A stretch of 64,000 nt of DNA from Bdellovibrionota bacterium (GCA_963668355.1 OY764265.1:192001-256000); one strand, 5' to 3'; positions 10,540 to 20,920 are shown, numbered from the stretch's first letter. Translations and numbers: made by a program. The notes: generated from the letters alone by a model not told the origin.

Positions 10540-11563
10540 TATCTTTGGACGTTGTCGTTGGAACCCAACTCAAAATATGCAAAGCGGAGATCTGCGGCTT
10601 ACGGGGCAAAAACTTAGGTCTCATTTGTGTCGGGTCCAATTCACGGCGAGCCAAGTCCTCCATTTCGTTTAAAAGAGTTGAAATGTAGCGCACTTGAGAG
10701 ACTTCCACCGGATGCTCCACAGAGGCTTGCGCAAAATCCACGGGGACCCTTTGTAAATCGCGTCCAAAAAGTTCACCCTGTATGATCGCATTGGGCTCAG
10801 ATGCAAGCCTTTGATCCAGCCGCTGTTGAAATTTCGCCAGATCATCAATCAACAAGTTTGCTTGCCGAATCAGGTCTACTTTCCCGGAAAAACTGGTGGG
10901 CATCTCACCGATGCCGGGGGCATTTTTGGCATTCAAACGGATGCCTTCGCCCAAACTGAGTTCTCGCTCTAGCTCCGTGGAAATGCTCAATAAAGTTATT
11001 TTGATCTGTTTGATCTCCGGAGAATTCCACGCAACGGGGACCCCCTCCTCTGGAGAAATCACTTCCCGAGGAAAGGCATGCACCAATCTTAAGAGAGAAA
11101 CCTGCCCAATCTGAACGATGTCCGATAGGCCGTCGGCATTGTCAAAACTCAAACGAAGGTCCTCTTGGTCCGGAATGACGTTGTATCGTGTCTTCGGGAC
11201 TCCCAAAGATTCCTTCGGATTCGATCGAGGCAACATCAACCCAAACCGATGCCCCAATCTGACGCAGGCATCTCGTTGAACATTGGAAAGAAGAAAAACA
11301 ACATCTCGACTGGAAAGGGGCGAGCGGTTTCCCTCCAAGAACCCAACTTTCTCCAAGGCTCCATTGGGAAAGATGGCTACGTCCGGCGCGGCACTCAAAA
11401 ATCCGATGGGAATCAGTTTGGAACTGTGACTGATCACATTTGAAAGTTCCGCAATATCACTCGAAACTTCTAATGTGGTTCGAAGGATCAAACCATTCGC
11501 AAACGCCTCGGTTTGAAAGACCACGAAAAAAAGGAAACCCCACGCTAAGCCAAAAAACCGCAT
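10451..11563 (-). CDS. Secreted hypothetical protein
   Basis: Signal peptide MRFFGLAWGFLFFVVFQTEAFA; start chosen downstream of a sigma54-type site. Confidence 0.65.
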   Translation of the reverse strand: MRFFGLAWGFLFFVVFQTEAFANGLILRTTLEVSSDIAELSNVISHSSKLIPIGFLSAAPDVAIFPNGALEKVGFLEGNRSPLSSRDVVFLLSNVQRDACVRLGHRFGLMLPRSNPKESLGVPKTRYNVIPDQEDLRLSFDNADGLSDIVQIGQVSLLRLVHAFPREVISPEEGVPVAWNSPEIKQIKITLLSISTELERELSLGEGIRLNAKNAPGIGEMPTSFSGKVDLIRQANLLIDDLAKFQQRLDQRLASEPNAIIQGELFGRDLQRVPVDFAQASVEHPVEVSQVRYISTLLNEMEDLARRELDPTQMRPKFLPRKPQISALHILSWVPTTTSKDIGSLLGSIRFLRLGDEGRGSGQFGSRCGG

Positions 11564-11576
11564 CATGAACAAAATT

Positions 11577-11592
11577 AGCAATACCCATACCA
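11577..11592 (-). promoter_or_regulatory. sigma54-type -24/-12 promoter
   Basis: TGGTAT-GGGTA-TTGCT on the minus strand with correct GG-N10-GC spacing. Confidence 0.6.
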
Positions 11593-11750
11593 CAAAGGGC
11601 ATAGCTCTATGTATCTGTTTTTATTATCTATTCTTCAGAAACATTTCCTACGAATCCCGAAGCTGCGAAAGAAATTCCCCAAACGCAAACAATTCCACTT
11701 GAGCTCTGAAGAAGACTTAGTTGGAATCGAAAAGGAAGAACCGAGCTAAA

Positions 11751-12839
11751 TCAAACATTGAAACGTACATGGAGGATATCTCCGTCCTGTACAGGATAGG
11801 TTTTGCCTTCCAGCCGAAGTTTCCCCTTTTCCTTGACCGCATTCCAATTCCCGGAAGTCATGAGATCCTCATAAGCCACAACTTCTGCGCGAATAAATCC
11901 TCTCTCAAGATCCGAATGAATCGTACCCGCCGCTTGCTGGGCGAGGGTTCCTTTTCGGATGGTCCAAGCCCGGCATTCATCTTCTCCGACCGTGAAAAAC
12001 GAAATCAAACCTAAAAATTCATAAGAGGTCCGAATGAGCCGAGTCAGAGCGGGCTCTTCGATTCCCAGCTCCTTCATAAATTCTTCCGCATCGGTTTGAT
12101 CAAGCGTGGAGATCTCCAACTCAATTTTGGCCGAAACCGGTACCACGGCCACACCGGACTTTTTGGAAATTTCATCTAACTCATACTTTTGAGTCGCTTG
12201 TGAAATTTTCCCCACTTCGTTCTCAGAAATGTTTAGAACAATCAACAAGGGCTTGGCTGAAAGAAATGTGAATCCCCTTACGATTTTCAGCTCCTCCGGA
12301 GAAAACTCCATTTCCCTCAAAGAAATCTCAGACTCAAGGGCCTCAACACATTTTTGGAGTGCCTCCAATTCCTTCCGATCCGTTTCCCTCGGCGCTTTCT
12401 GCAAACTGGCTTGAAGTTTTTCAACTCTTCGCGTAGCCACCGACAAGTCAGCGAAAATCAACTCCATCTCCATATTTTCAATGTCTCTTTTCGGGTTCAG
12501 GCTACCTTGAGAATGAGGAAAATTTGGATCATCAAACACTCGAACAACATGCAAAAGCGCATCCATTCCCTTAAGTTCATTCAAAAACGTATCGCTTCCG
12601 GAGCTTTCGCCCTTTTCAACGCCCACGACATCCACATATTCAATTTTGGCGTGAGTCTCCTTTTTGGGATGAAACATCTTGGTCAGATGATCCAATCGAG
12701 AATCCGGAACCTTCGTCATCCCCATATGAATTTCTTTTTTCCCCGTGGAGTAGGCGTCCGTAGCCACATTGGATCCGGTCAAGGTATTGAATAAGGTTGT
12801 TTTTCCTGTCTTGGGAAACCCAAAAATTCCTATTTGCAT
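11751..12839 (-). CDS. ychF: Ribosome-binding ATPase YchF
   Basis: GFPKTGKTT, FFTVGEDECRAWT, IHSDLERGFIRAE, EGKTYPVQDGD; start at MQIG. Confidence 0.95.
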   Translation of the reverse strand: MQIGIFGFPKTGKTTLFNTLTGSNVATDAYSTGKKEIHMGMTKVPDSRLDHLTKMFHPKKETHAKIEYVDVVGVEKGESSGSDTFLNELKGMDALLHVVRVFDDPNFPHSQGSLNPKRDIENMEMELIFADLSVATRRVEKLQASLQKAPRETDRKELEALQKCVEALESEISLREMEFSPEELKIVRGFTFLSAKPLLIVLNISENEVGKISQATQKYELDEISKKSGVAVVPVSAKIELEISTLDQTDAEEFMKELGIEEPALTRLIRTSYEFLGLISFFTVGEDECRAWTIRKGTLAQQAAGTIHSDLERGFIRAEVVAYEDLMTSGNWNAVKEKGKLRLEGKTYPVQDGDILHVRFNV

Positions 12840-13507
12840 TGTTTCTTCGTTCCGTAAGTAAATAACGTTCCAAGTTTCTGTTTCCACGTAGAAACAGTTT
12901 TTTTAGCATGGACTTCTTTTTCCAAATTCGTGGATGGTTCGTGGGGGTAACGAATTTGTCGTTGGTGAACGTTCTTCAAATTTCTAGATTCGAAAAGCTT
13001 TTTCCATTCGTCCATCGAACGCAAATCCATAGGAACACCCACATCGTCGGGCCAAGAATGTGACTCTTCATTCTCACGATAGAAATCAGACCCGATAACC
13101 AACATACCTTGCGGGGCTAAAAGGTTTACCAGGTGGTCCATGGGAACCTCCATGGGAACCGAGTAGTAAAGAGCCTCCATGGAAAAAATGAGATCGAATT
13201 TTCCGGGCAAAAGTCCATCTTCCAATTTTCCACAAACAAATTTTTCATTCGAGGACTGAAACGCGGTCGCACGCTCGATCATTTCTTTAGAAATATCAAT
13301 CCCCCAAGCTTCCTGAACATGGGGCAAGTTTGCCATTTTCCGAACCACCCAACCATTTCCGCACCCGAAGTCTAGAAAACGAAGAGGACGATCCAGGGTC
13401 AATTCATCTAAAAACGCATGAACGGCGAATCCATGCCCTTTTTCCATACCTTCCGCACGACCCGCTTTGGCCCACTCATCAAACACATTGGCTACATTCT
13501 TCTGCAT
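12830..13507 (-). CDS. Class I SAM-dependent methyltransferase
   Basis: LDFGCGNG, GIDIS, FDLIFSMEALYY. Confidence 0.9.
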   Translation of the reverse strand: MQKNVANVFDEWAKAGRAEGMEKGHGFAVHAFLDELTLDRPLRFLDFGCGNGWVVRKMANLPHVQEAWGIDISKEMIERATAFQSSNEKFVCGKLEDGLLPGKFDLIFSMEALYYSVPMEVPMDHLVNLLAPQGMLVIGSDFYRENEESHSWPDDVGVPMDLRSMDEWKKLFESRNLKNVHQRQIRYPHEPSTNLEKEVHAKKTVSTWKQKLGTLFTYGTKKQCK

Positions 13508-13524
13508 AATGACCTCATGAATCC

Positions 13525-13562
13525 AAAAAAAACGCCCCGTCTTTCATTTCGACAGGGCGTTT
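13525..13562 (-). terminator. Rho-independent terminator of the RRM gene
   Basis: AAACGCCCTGTC-loop-GACGGGGCG followed by a T8 run on the minus strand. Confidence 0.8.
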
Positions 13563-13590
13563 ATCAAATTTCTGATCGTTTGTAAGCTGC

Positions 13591-13926
13591 TTACCAGCGA
13601 TCATCCTTGCGGTTATCTCCACGAAATCCACCGCCGCCTCGACGACCACCGCGGAAATTTCCACCACCGGAACGAGGCCGTTGTTCACGGGCTTCATTCA
13701 CTGTAATGGCTCGACCATCAATTTCTTTTCCGTTTAACGCGGAAATCACATCATCCAAATTGGTATCGTCTTCCAATTCAGCAAAGCCAAAACCACGGGA
13801 ACGACCCGTATGGCGATCTCGAATGATTTGCACGGAGGCCGCTTGAACTCCGTTTTCTTCCATAAAGGACTGCAAATCCGTCTCGTTCAAACTGAATGGA
13901 CAGTTACCAATAAATACTTTTTTCAT
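13591..13926 (-). CDS. RRM RNA-binding protein with Gly/Arg-rich tail
   Basis: RNP2 VFIGN, RNP1 RGFGFAEL, RGG tail. Confidence 0.93.
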   Translation of the reverse strand: MKKVFIGNCPFSLNETDLQSFMEENGVQAASVQIIRDRHTGRSRGFGFAELEDDTNLDDVISALNGKEIDGRAITVNEAREQRPRSGGGNFRGGRRGGGGFRGDNRKDDRW

Positions 13927-14083
13927 TCTCTTTTCCTAGTCTAAGTTTCACCTAAAGGTGTTTTGGTGCGCGACTTGCGATTGAATTGGATTTACGATCG
14001 ATAGGCGGGCTGACAAAACTCCTGTTACACCCCTTTTTAAATCCTAAGTGCAGCACCGTGTCAAGGCCGATTACAGGCCTCAT

Positions 14084-14380
14084 TTACCTGGACGCGGCAT
14101 CGATCAGCTTCAATTTTTGGGCCCTGGACATGGCTTTAATTGCCGCTTCCCGTAGGCTCGCTTCAGAGCGATTTCGGACTTCTTCTCGATAAACAATCTT
14201 TTGGGGCTTGGATATCCGAAAGAACTTGGCTCCCTTGGCCCCCAAACGGTGTTCTTCCCATCTCCGAGCCAAGTTCGTCGTAATCCCCGTGTAAAGCTTT
14301 CCCGAGAGGGTTCGGACGATATACACCTCCCAGCCTTCTTGATCGGCCGGTCGTTTAGAGGACTTCTTTTTCAAGGCCAA
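14084..14380 (-). CDS. GIY-YIG nuclease family protein (UPF0213/YhbQ-like)
   Basis: VYIV...LYTGITT...RRWEEH...GAKF...EAAIK. Confidence 0.88.
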   Translation of the reverse strand: MALKKKSSKRPADQEGWEVYIVRTLSGKLYTGITTNLARRWEEHRLGAKGAKFFRISKPQKIVYREEVRNRSEASLREAAIKAMSRAQKLKLIDAASR

Positions 14381-15362
14381 AAATCTTCAACAAAAGAGCG
14401 GCGCGCATCCACATCCCGTTACGTTCTTGTCGCCAGTACATGGCCCGTGGATCCTTATCCACCTCTGGATGAATTTCCGGCCCTCGAGGCAAAGGGTGCA
14501 TGATGATGGCGTCTTTTTTAAATAATTCCAGATGCTTCGGTAAAACGCTGAAACGATCAAATTCAGCTTTTCCCGTTTCATTGGCTTGGTCATGTTCGGA
14601 TTGTGTGCGGGTGACATACAAAGCATCCAACTCCGGCAGGGCTTCGACCATATTTGCTGTCTCTTCGAACGAAATGCGATTCTCATTCAAGTGGTCCTTG
14701 ATATCGGATTCCATCTTAAAGGCATCTGACGAAATGAAGACCAGTTTTACATCCGCATAGTTTTTCATCAAATAACTGAGGGAACGAACCGTCCTTCCTC
14801 GCTTGAGATCCCCCATCATCCCAATGACTTTTCCGTCAATTCCCCCTTGTTGTTCGAAGCTCCGATTTAAGGTGTAGATGTCTAACAATGCCTGAGTCGG
14901 ATGTTGGTCTTTTCCGCTTCCGGCATTGATGATGGGAACGCGTCGAGGAATGGAGTTCATCAAGTCGGCTGCTCGTTTCGCCAAACCTTCTCCGGGGGTT
15001 CTCATGATGATGACATCAACATATGAACTGAACGTTCGAATGCTGTCCTCAAAACTCTCTCCCTTCACTTCAGAAGAAGTCGCAGAGTCTCGAATCTCGC
15101 TCGTTCCCATCCCTAGAACTTGGCAAGCATTATTGAAAGACAAAAAGGTTCGTGTGGAAGGCTGAGTGAAATAGAGCATGGCTCTGGAGCCCGCCAACAA
15201 ACTTTGAAGAAAGACGGCCCCTTCCTTGCTCCTCGCTTTTCGCCGAATGGCCGTGCTGAGTTGGCATAGCTCATCCAAGACAGGACGAGTAAAAGGCCTC
15301 GCATCAATGGTGTGATAAAAATCCCGACGGTTTTTCCTACGCTCAGAAGCTTCTTTGGTCAT
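14355..15362 (-). CDS. pyrB: Aspartate carbamoyltransferase catalytic chain
   Basis: PSTRT, KGES, NAGSG-x-x-QHPTQALLD, GDLKRGRTVRS, MHPLPR. Confidence 0.93.
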   Translation of the reverse strand: MTKEASERRKNRRDFYHTIDARPFTRPVLDELCQLSTAIRRKARSKEGAVFLQSLLAGSRAMLYFTQPSTRTFLSFNNACQVLGMGTSEIRDSATSSEVKGESFEDSIRTFSSYVDVIIMRTPGEGLAKRAADLMNSIPRRVPIINAGSGKDQHPTQALLDIYTLNRSFEQQGGIDGKVIGMMGDLKRGRTVRSLSYLMKNYADVKLVFISSDAFKMESDIKDHLNENRISFEETANMVEALPELDALYVTRTQSEHDQANETGKAEFDRFSVLPKHLELFKKDAIIMHPLPRGPEIHPEVDKDPRAMYWRQERNGMWMRAALLLKIFGLEKEVL

Positions 15363-15420
15363 GTCGGGAGCGTAAGCTAGCAGACGTCGCCCCGAATGAA
15401 AACGTTTCTTCTATTCGATT

Positions 15421-16134
15421 CTATTCCCTCGGGAGACTATCTCTGGGTGTTAGAATCGGCCAGGTGTCAAAACGCAGTATAGGGGAAGACCAATCCCCCA
15501 CCTCCTGCAACCATATTGCATTCGGATGGGGAGAAATTCCCTCAACGACACAACAACTTCCCGACTCTGGATGGTTCAGAAATTCTTCTTCAAAAACTCC
15601 CGCAAGGTCTTCGAAACTTGAAAAAGCGTATGCAGCTTGAGTCACTTCCGACAAACGTTCCACACATTGGCCGGAATCCTCTCTCCAAGGATGGGCTTTC
15701 GAAGAAAGAAGGAACAGAAACGGTTCGTCCTCAAGCTCTCCATTTCCTTTTATGGATCGAAACTCCCACGTTTCCGATTGGAGACTTAGACAATATTCCG
15801 GAACAGGTTTGGAAAACTCCACCCCACCGCCCACACTCGAAACCGAATGTTCAGCAATGACCATTTCGCAAAAATATGGCTGCCCCACACAGGCGAGAAA
15901 GAACACTCTCACGCAAGAGGGATCGCTGTATGCCGCGCGCAACGATTCACAATGGGAAAAATCATAGTCTTTGGAATCCCACACATAAATATGTGTCCCG
16001 TCCGGAGTAACGACATGCATGTCCAACAACTGTGTTTTTTGAGAAAAAACCGCCCAGGTTTTCTCAAGTGGCTCCCCAAGACACGGCGACACCCACAAGA
16101 AACACGACAAAAAGACCCCTACTTTTAACCTCAT
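15421..16134 (-). CDS. Secreted Cys-rich hypothetical protein
   Basis: Signal-peptide-like N-terminus, AAGGGGG SD, many Cys. Confidence 0.6.
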   Translation of the reverse strand: MRLKVGVFLSCFLWVSPCLGEPLEKTWAVFSQKTQLLDMHVVTPDGTHIYVWDSKDYDFSHCESLRAAYSDPSCVRVFFLACVGQPYFCEMVIAEHSVSSVGGGVEFSKPVPEYCLSLQSETWEFRSIKGNGELEDEPFLFLLSSKAHPWREDSGQCVERLSEVTQAAYAFSSFEDLAGVFEEEFLNHPESGSCCVVEGISPHPNAIWLQEVGDWSSPILRFDTWPILTPRDSLPRE

Positions 16135-16229
16135 AATCCCCCCTTATGCGACTTAATCTCCCCATTACCTTCATATCACATCACTTCTGGATATGCATTT
16201 TTTGCACCTTGCGTGCGTTTAAAGCATTA

Positions 16230-16273
16230 TAAATATTTGATATTTAAGCTTTTTAAATGGCACAGGGATTGCT
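16230..16273 (+). promoter_or_regulatory. sigma54-type promoter with upstream IHF site
   Basis: TGGCAC-AGGGA-TTGCT at 16258-16273; TAAATATTTGATA at 16230-16242, whose reverse complement matches the IHF consensus WATCAA-N4-TTR. Confidence 0.72.
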
Positions 16274-16286
16274 CATTTTTTCATTC

Positions 16287-17705
16287 ATGAGAAGGATCAA
16301 ATATGTTCTGGTTTCTTTTTTCGCGGTCTATCTGACCGCCTGCAGCAGTGCATCCATCCAGGACGTTCAGATCACGTTCCCGACAGGAGACAACACAGAT
16401 CTCTCGGCTCTCTTGGGAGTATTTCGAGAACAAGACTCCACAGGTCTCGAAGTCCTATACTTAAGCGAGTTCATGCCCCTGGACAATATTCAAGTCTCGG
16501 AAGATCTCGCTCATGCGAACAACCTCCAATTGGTTCTCTTAACCTTTGCGGAAGATTACATCGGATACACCCCGGCCTATCTGGAGGAATCAGAAGAATC
16601 CGAGTCCTATGCTCAGATCCTGCCAAACCATATTTTTCATTCCACTCTTCCCGAATCTACGTCGCTCGAGGCTCTATCTTCCAGCGATCCTGAGGCGACT
16701 CAGGTTTTGAACTTTGCCAATCGCATATTTATCGACACGACTTCCAACACAACCCCAAACCATCCACCAACCGTTTCGCTTACAGCCGATCAGCTAAAGG
16801 GGACCCTTCCTCTTTTGGTTTCTTTTTCTTGCGATGCAGAAGACCCTGACGGCGATCCCCTCACCTACCGTTTCGATTTTGGAGAGGGAGATCCCATGGC
16901 CAACGCTTCCCCGAACGAAACACATATTTTCAATTCGAACGGAAGTTATACAGTTTCCTGCACGGTGAGTGATGGCGAAGAGGAAGTCACAAGCACGGTA
17001 ACGATTCTTTCCCAAGTCGGCCTCTTAGCCCAATACCTTGTGGACGGAGACTTGAACGACGAAACAGGACATGGATTTGACGGTGAATACTTTGGAGAAA
17101 TTTTCATTCCAGATCTGGAAGGAAGAGCTGCCGTTTTCTTTGATGGTTCCGACGATTACATCGAGTTACCAGAAAACCTCGACGATGGGATCGTTGATTT
17201 TACATTTGCGGCCTGGGTGTGGTGGCTTGGCCCTGTCGACGAGCAATATGAACGCATTTTTGATTTCAGTGACTACTCCAACACAGGAGATGCCAACGAC
17301 GATGACATTCCCGATGGCAGCACTGCTACACAAGGTCGGTATATGTACCTCACGCCAGATTCCCGCTCGGGTTTGGCCTTTTCCATGTCTACCGAAGGAT
17401 ATTCGAGTCCCGACTCCGTGGTGTTGACCGGCGGGAACGAAGCCGCCCCCACGCCCTTGGAAACCGGTCAATGGGTCCATGTCGCGGTTACATTAGATGG
17501 AGATACCGGTTCGTTATATCGGAATGGAGTCCTCGAAGCGACGGGGGAAATTCTACTTAATCCAAACGATTTGAATACCACCGACAACTGGCTAGGAAGA
17601 AGCAGCTTCAACTCGGACCCATACTTTAATGGCGTATTTGGAGAAGTTCGAATTTATGACCGAGCACTCTCAAGCTCTGAAATTGAAACACTAGCGAACG
17701 ACTAA
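16287..17705 (+). CDS. Lipoprotein with PKD and LamG/concanavalin-A-like domains
   Basis: Lipobox LTAC; PKD signature DPDGDPLTYRFDFGEG...YTVSCTVSDG; LamG signature FDGSDDYI, WVHVAVT, EVRIYDRALS. Confidence 0.85.
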   Translation: MRRIKYVLVSFFAVYLTACSSASIQDVQITFPTGDNTDLSALLGVFREQDSTGLEVLYLSEFMPLDNIQVSEDLAHANNLQLVLLTFAEDYIGYTPAYLEESEESESYAQILPNHIFHSTLPESTSLEALSSSDPEATQVLNFANRIFIDTTSNTTPNHPPTVSLTADQLKGTLPLLVSFSCDAEDPDGDPLTYRFDFGEGDPMANASPNETHIFNSNGSYTVSCTVSDGEEEVTSTVTILSQVGLLAQYLVDGDLNDETGHGFDGEYFGEIFIPDLEGRAAVFFDGSDDYIELPENLDDGIVDFTFAAWVWWLGPVDEQYERIFDFSDYSNTGDANDDDIPDGSTATQGRYMYLTPDSRSGLAFSMSTEGYSSPDSVVLTGGNEAAPTPLETGQWVHVAVTLDGDTGSLYRNGVLEATGEILLNPNDLNTTDNWLGRSSFNSDPYFNGVFGEVRIYDRALSSSEIETLAND

Positions 17706-17826
17706 AACCTTTCTTCATTTGTTTTCAATGAATTCATGCATGCAATGATAGAAAGCGTCATCGTTTTGTCCCGAACACGATCTACCCTAGTGTAAAAAAA
17801 AACAAAATCGAATACCATGGATAAAC

Positions 17827-18243
17827 ATGGCAATCTGGAGTGATCAAATTCGAATCCTTCCCCCTCGCAAGGGACTGCACGAGATCACCAATGAAATTGC
17901 AAAAGCCATTCAGATGGCCAGCATTCAAGATGGTCTCTGTCATGTGTTTATCCAACATACTTCGGCTAGCCTTGCTTTAATGGAAAATGCAGACCCCTCT
18001 GCCCAACGAGACCTCGAAAGCTATATGGATCACATCGCACCTCCGAACATGTCTTTCTTTACACACACATTGGAAGGAGATGATGACATGCCCAGTCACA
18101 TCAAGACCGTGTTGAGTTCAGTTTCGATCTCGTTACCCATCTCTGGAGGAAGATTGGCTTTGGGAACTTGGCAAGGCCTATTTCTATGGGAACATCGAGA
18201 ACAGCCTCAAAATCGACGCATTCACATCACTTTGATCAGCTAA
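17827..18243 (+). CDS. yjbQ: Secondary thiamine-phosphate synthase YjbQ family
   Basis: HTSASL, EGDDDMPSHIK, LGTWQG. Confidence 0.92.
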   Translation: MAIWSDQIRILPPRKGLHEITNEIAKAIQMASIQDGLCHVFIQHTSASLALMENADPSAQRDLESYMDHIAPPNMSFFTHTLEGDDDMPSHIKTVLSSVSISLPISGGRLALGTWQGLFLWEHREQPQNRRIHITLIS

Positions 18244-18247
18244 ACAA

Positions 18248-20020
18248 CTAAGCTCGGGACTTGGCAGGAATCTTCACTGTAAACGTGGTTCCTTGACCTT
18301 CCACACTTTCTAGGTGAATGGTGCCATTCAATTGGGAGATTCGATGCTTCACAATGGCCAAACCGAGGCCTGTTCCGCCTTGTTCGATCGACCTGGCTTT
18401 ATCCACTCGATAGAAGCGTTCAAAAATCCTGGACTGCTGTTCCTCGGGAATTCCTATCCCCGTATCCGTAACCCTCAATAGCAGATGCCCCTCTTCGCGG
18501 GCCAAGCGAACACTCACACGTCCGCGCGAATCCGTATACTTAATGGCATTACTGACCAAGTTATCGACAATTTCTGAGAAGGCTACGGACTCTCCATAAA
18601 TAAAGATGGACTCCTTTGGAAAATCTCCAGAAAGTTCAATTTGCTTCCAATTTGCGGGTTCTTGATGTTGATCCAACACATCCGCCACAATATGATTGCA
18701 ATTAATGGTTTCGTCATCACGGTGAAACTCTTTCGATTCGATTCGAGCTAACTTCATTAAATCACCGGTTAAAGCCGTTAAGCGATTTACATTCTGCAAA
18801 ATTTTCTTTAGGAACCGCTCCTTCTTCTCAGGATCCAGGCCTTCACCATCTGCCAAGGTCTCAGCATATCCCTTGATTGCTGTAAGCGGCGTTCGAAGTT
18901 CATGCGAAGCATTTTCAACAAAATCTTTCCGAATTTGCTCCAGTTTCCGACGCTGAGTCACATCATGGAGAACAATCACTACGCCCTCCTCTCCTTCAGT
19001 ACCAAAGGTACGTACATGAGCGATCATCCGAATGATTTCTTCCGAACGATTGAATGAAAACTCTTCATGCACGCTTCTCGCCATCTGGCGAGCTTTCGCA
19101 ATGTAGTCAAAAATTTCGGGACATGTGACGATCTCATCCAGCTTACGTGTTTCCGGTTCCTGGAGCTTGAAACCCAAAAGATTGCATGCAGCCGGGTTGC
19201 AAAAGAGAATTTGGTTTTCTCGATTGACCGCAATGACGCCTTCCGTCATTGCTTTGACCATAGCATTGAGTTTGGCCTTCTCATGTTCAGCCTCTGCTAC
19301 TTGTTCCCGGAGAATTTTCCCCGTTTTATGAATCGCACGAGAAAGTTTTCCTAAAATATCCGAGCGATCCAGGTGCAGGTTTTTTGGAACCCTTCCCTTG
19401 GGCAAGGCCTTGGCTCCCCAAGTAATCGACTCGATCGGTTTCGCAATATGTCGGCTCAGCCATATCGCAATCCCCAAAGACACCAAAACCGAGATGAGAA
19501 GTGTGAAAATTAATATTCGCTGAATGACAGCGACCTGCTCTTTCACTCTGGCCGTGTTAACGGATAGACGTAGAATGCCTTTCGGTCCCTGTTCATCGGA
19601 AAGCAACTTGGCGAAGTAAAACATCTCCTGCTTTACACTTTGGCTAAACCTTCGAGAACGACCGGTGCCTGTTTTCAACGCCGCCTGAATCTCGGGTCGA
19701 CTTAAGTGATTGTCCATGCCCTTTGGGCTTCGATCAGAATCTGCAAGAACAACTCCATTTTTCGCAATCAATGAAATTCTTGTATCGCTGGCCTTTCCGG
19801 CATGAAAAACGTCAGCCTGAAGAAGGTCATGGTCTTTTGTGCGAAAACTTTGGATGTACTTCGGAGAGAAAAGTTCAACCTTTTCTTTGAGCAATCGATG
19901 AACATTTTCGATCAACGTAGTTTCATATCGATGTTGAAAAATACTCCCCAACACCAACACCATCCCAACAACGGGTACGGTGATCGAAAAAAGAATCGTC
20001 TTTGAAAGGCCTCGAAACAA
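18248..20020 (-). CDS. phoR: Sensor histidine kinase (HAMP, PAS, HisKA, HATPase), PhoR-like
   Basis: NHLSRPEI sensor motif, SHELRTPLT, NAIKY, DTGIGI, GGTGLGL. Confidence 0.85.
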   Translation of the reverse strand: MFRGLSKTILFSITVPVVGMVLVLGSIFQHRYETTLIENVHRLLKEKVELFSPKYIQSFRTKDHDLLQADVFHAGKASDTRISLIAKNGVVLADSDRSPKGMDNHLSRPEIQAALKTGTGRSRRFSQSVKQEMFYFAKLLSDEQGPKGILRLSVNTARVKEQVAVIQRILIFTLLISVLVSLGIAIWLSRHIAKPIESITWGAKALPKGRVPKNLHLDRSDILGKLSRAIHKTGKILREQVAEAEHEKAKLNAMVKAMTEGVIAVNRENQILFCNPAACNLLGFKLQEPETRKLDEIVTCPEIFDYIAKARQMARSVHEEFSFNRSEEIIRMIAHVRTFGTEGEEGVVIVLHDVTQRRKLEQIRKDFVENASHELRTPLTAIKGYAETLADGEGLDPEKKERFLKKILQNVNRLTALTGDLMKLARIESKEFHRDDETINCNHIVADVLDQHQEPANWKQIELSGDFPKESIFIYGESVAFSEIVDNLVSNAIKYTDSRGRVSVRLAREEGHLLLRVTDTGIGIPEEQQSRIFERFYRVDKARSIEQGGTGLGLAIVKHRISQLNGTIHLESVEGQGTTFTVKIPAKSRA

Positions 20021-20022
20021 CC

Positions 20023-20700
20023 CTATTCCTGAAAACGATATCCCACACCACGAATGGTCAGGATGCGAGAGCCCACATCTTTCAGCTTCCTGCGAAGAGA
20101 GGAGATGTGAACATCAATATTTCGATCCACGATCGTAATTTCTTCCCCACGCACCCGATCAATCAACTGATCTCGCGTAAAAATGCGGCCTTCGCCTTCA
20201 ATCAATACCTGCAACAGTCGAAACTCAGTAAGGGTAAGTCGGAGTTCTTCGCCGTGAAGCTTAACCAGGTGTTTGCCAAGATCCACTTCCAAATCGGATA
20301 TTTTCAATTGTTCTGTAGGGGTCGGAACCTTTCCCCCTACACGTCTCAACACCGCTTTCAAACGAGCAACCAATTCTTTTGGACTAAACGGCTTGGTCAC
20401 ATAGTCATCCGCTCCCAATTCAAGGCCTCGGATGATGTCTTTCTCTTCCCCCTTTGCCGTCAACATGATGATGGGCACTTTCTTGGTTTTTTCAGAGTTC
20501 CTCAAGCGTTTACACACTTCGAGACCATCCAGGGCCGGAAGCATCAAATCCAGAAGAATCAACTCGGGGGGATGATCCAAAGCCTTTTTCAACCCCGTTT
20601 CGCCGTCCATGGCGACGTCTAGCTTAAAGCCCTCTTGTTCCAGATTGTATTCCACTATCTCAACAATATCGGCGTGGTCCTCAATGATCAGAATGCTCAC
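20023..20700 (-). CDS. phoB: OmpR/PhoB-family response regulator
   Basis: LLDLMLP, GADDYVTKPFS, winged-helix RNIDVHI..LRRKL, TIRGVGY. Confidence 0.85.
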   Translation of the reverse strand: MSILIIEDHADIVEIVEYNLEQEGFKLDVAMDGETGLKKALDHPPELILLDLMLPALDGLEVCKRLRNSEKTKKVPIIMLTAKGEEKDIIRGLELGADDYVTKPFSPKELVARLKAVLRRVGGKVPTPTEQLKISDLEVDLGKHLVKLHGEELRLTLTEFRLLQVLIEGEGRIFTRDQLIDRVRGEEITIVDRNIDVHISSLRRKLKDVGSRILTIRGVGYRFQE

Positions 20701-20745
20701 GAAACCTGACTCCTTCCTTAAAAAACCCCAATATCCAGAAGAACC

Positions 20746-20763
20746 ATAAAGAGTAAATAAAGA
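20746..20763 (-). promoter_or_regulatory. 11-bp-period direct repeat (putative PhoB/OmpR box)
   Basis: TCTTTAT-TTAC-TCTTTAT about 45 nt upstream of the response regulator. Confidence 0.4.
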
Positions 20764-20920
20764 ATATATGTTTTTCGGGAGCAGCCTAACAATTTGTTTT
20801 TATTTGTTTTTTTTAAACCTCAAAGGCTCCATTTTCGTTCGCATCTGAAATTTGAGAACCAATCCGGCAATTTACAGGAATCTTCAAATAGGTTAGTCCT
20901 GTTCGGTTCAGAGAAAACAC

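Noticed and set aside
14084..14380. GIY-YIG as a homing endonuclease or mobile element
   Set aside because: Short stand-alone UPF0213 type; no intron, terminal repeats or interrupted host gene
20002..20622. 206-aa + strand ORF
   Set aside because: Antisense shadow of the phoB-like gene
20848..20873. Zur box upstream of znuA (TTGAGAACCAATCCGGCAA)
   Set aside because: Only one half-site matches; too weak to call
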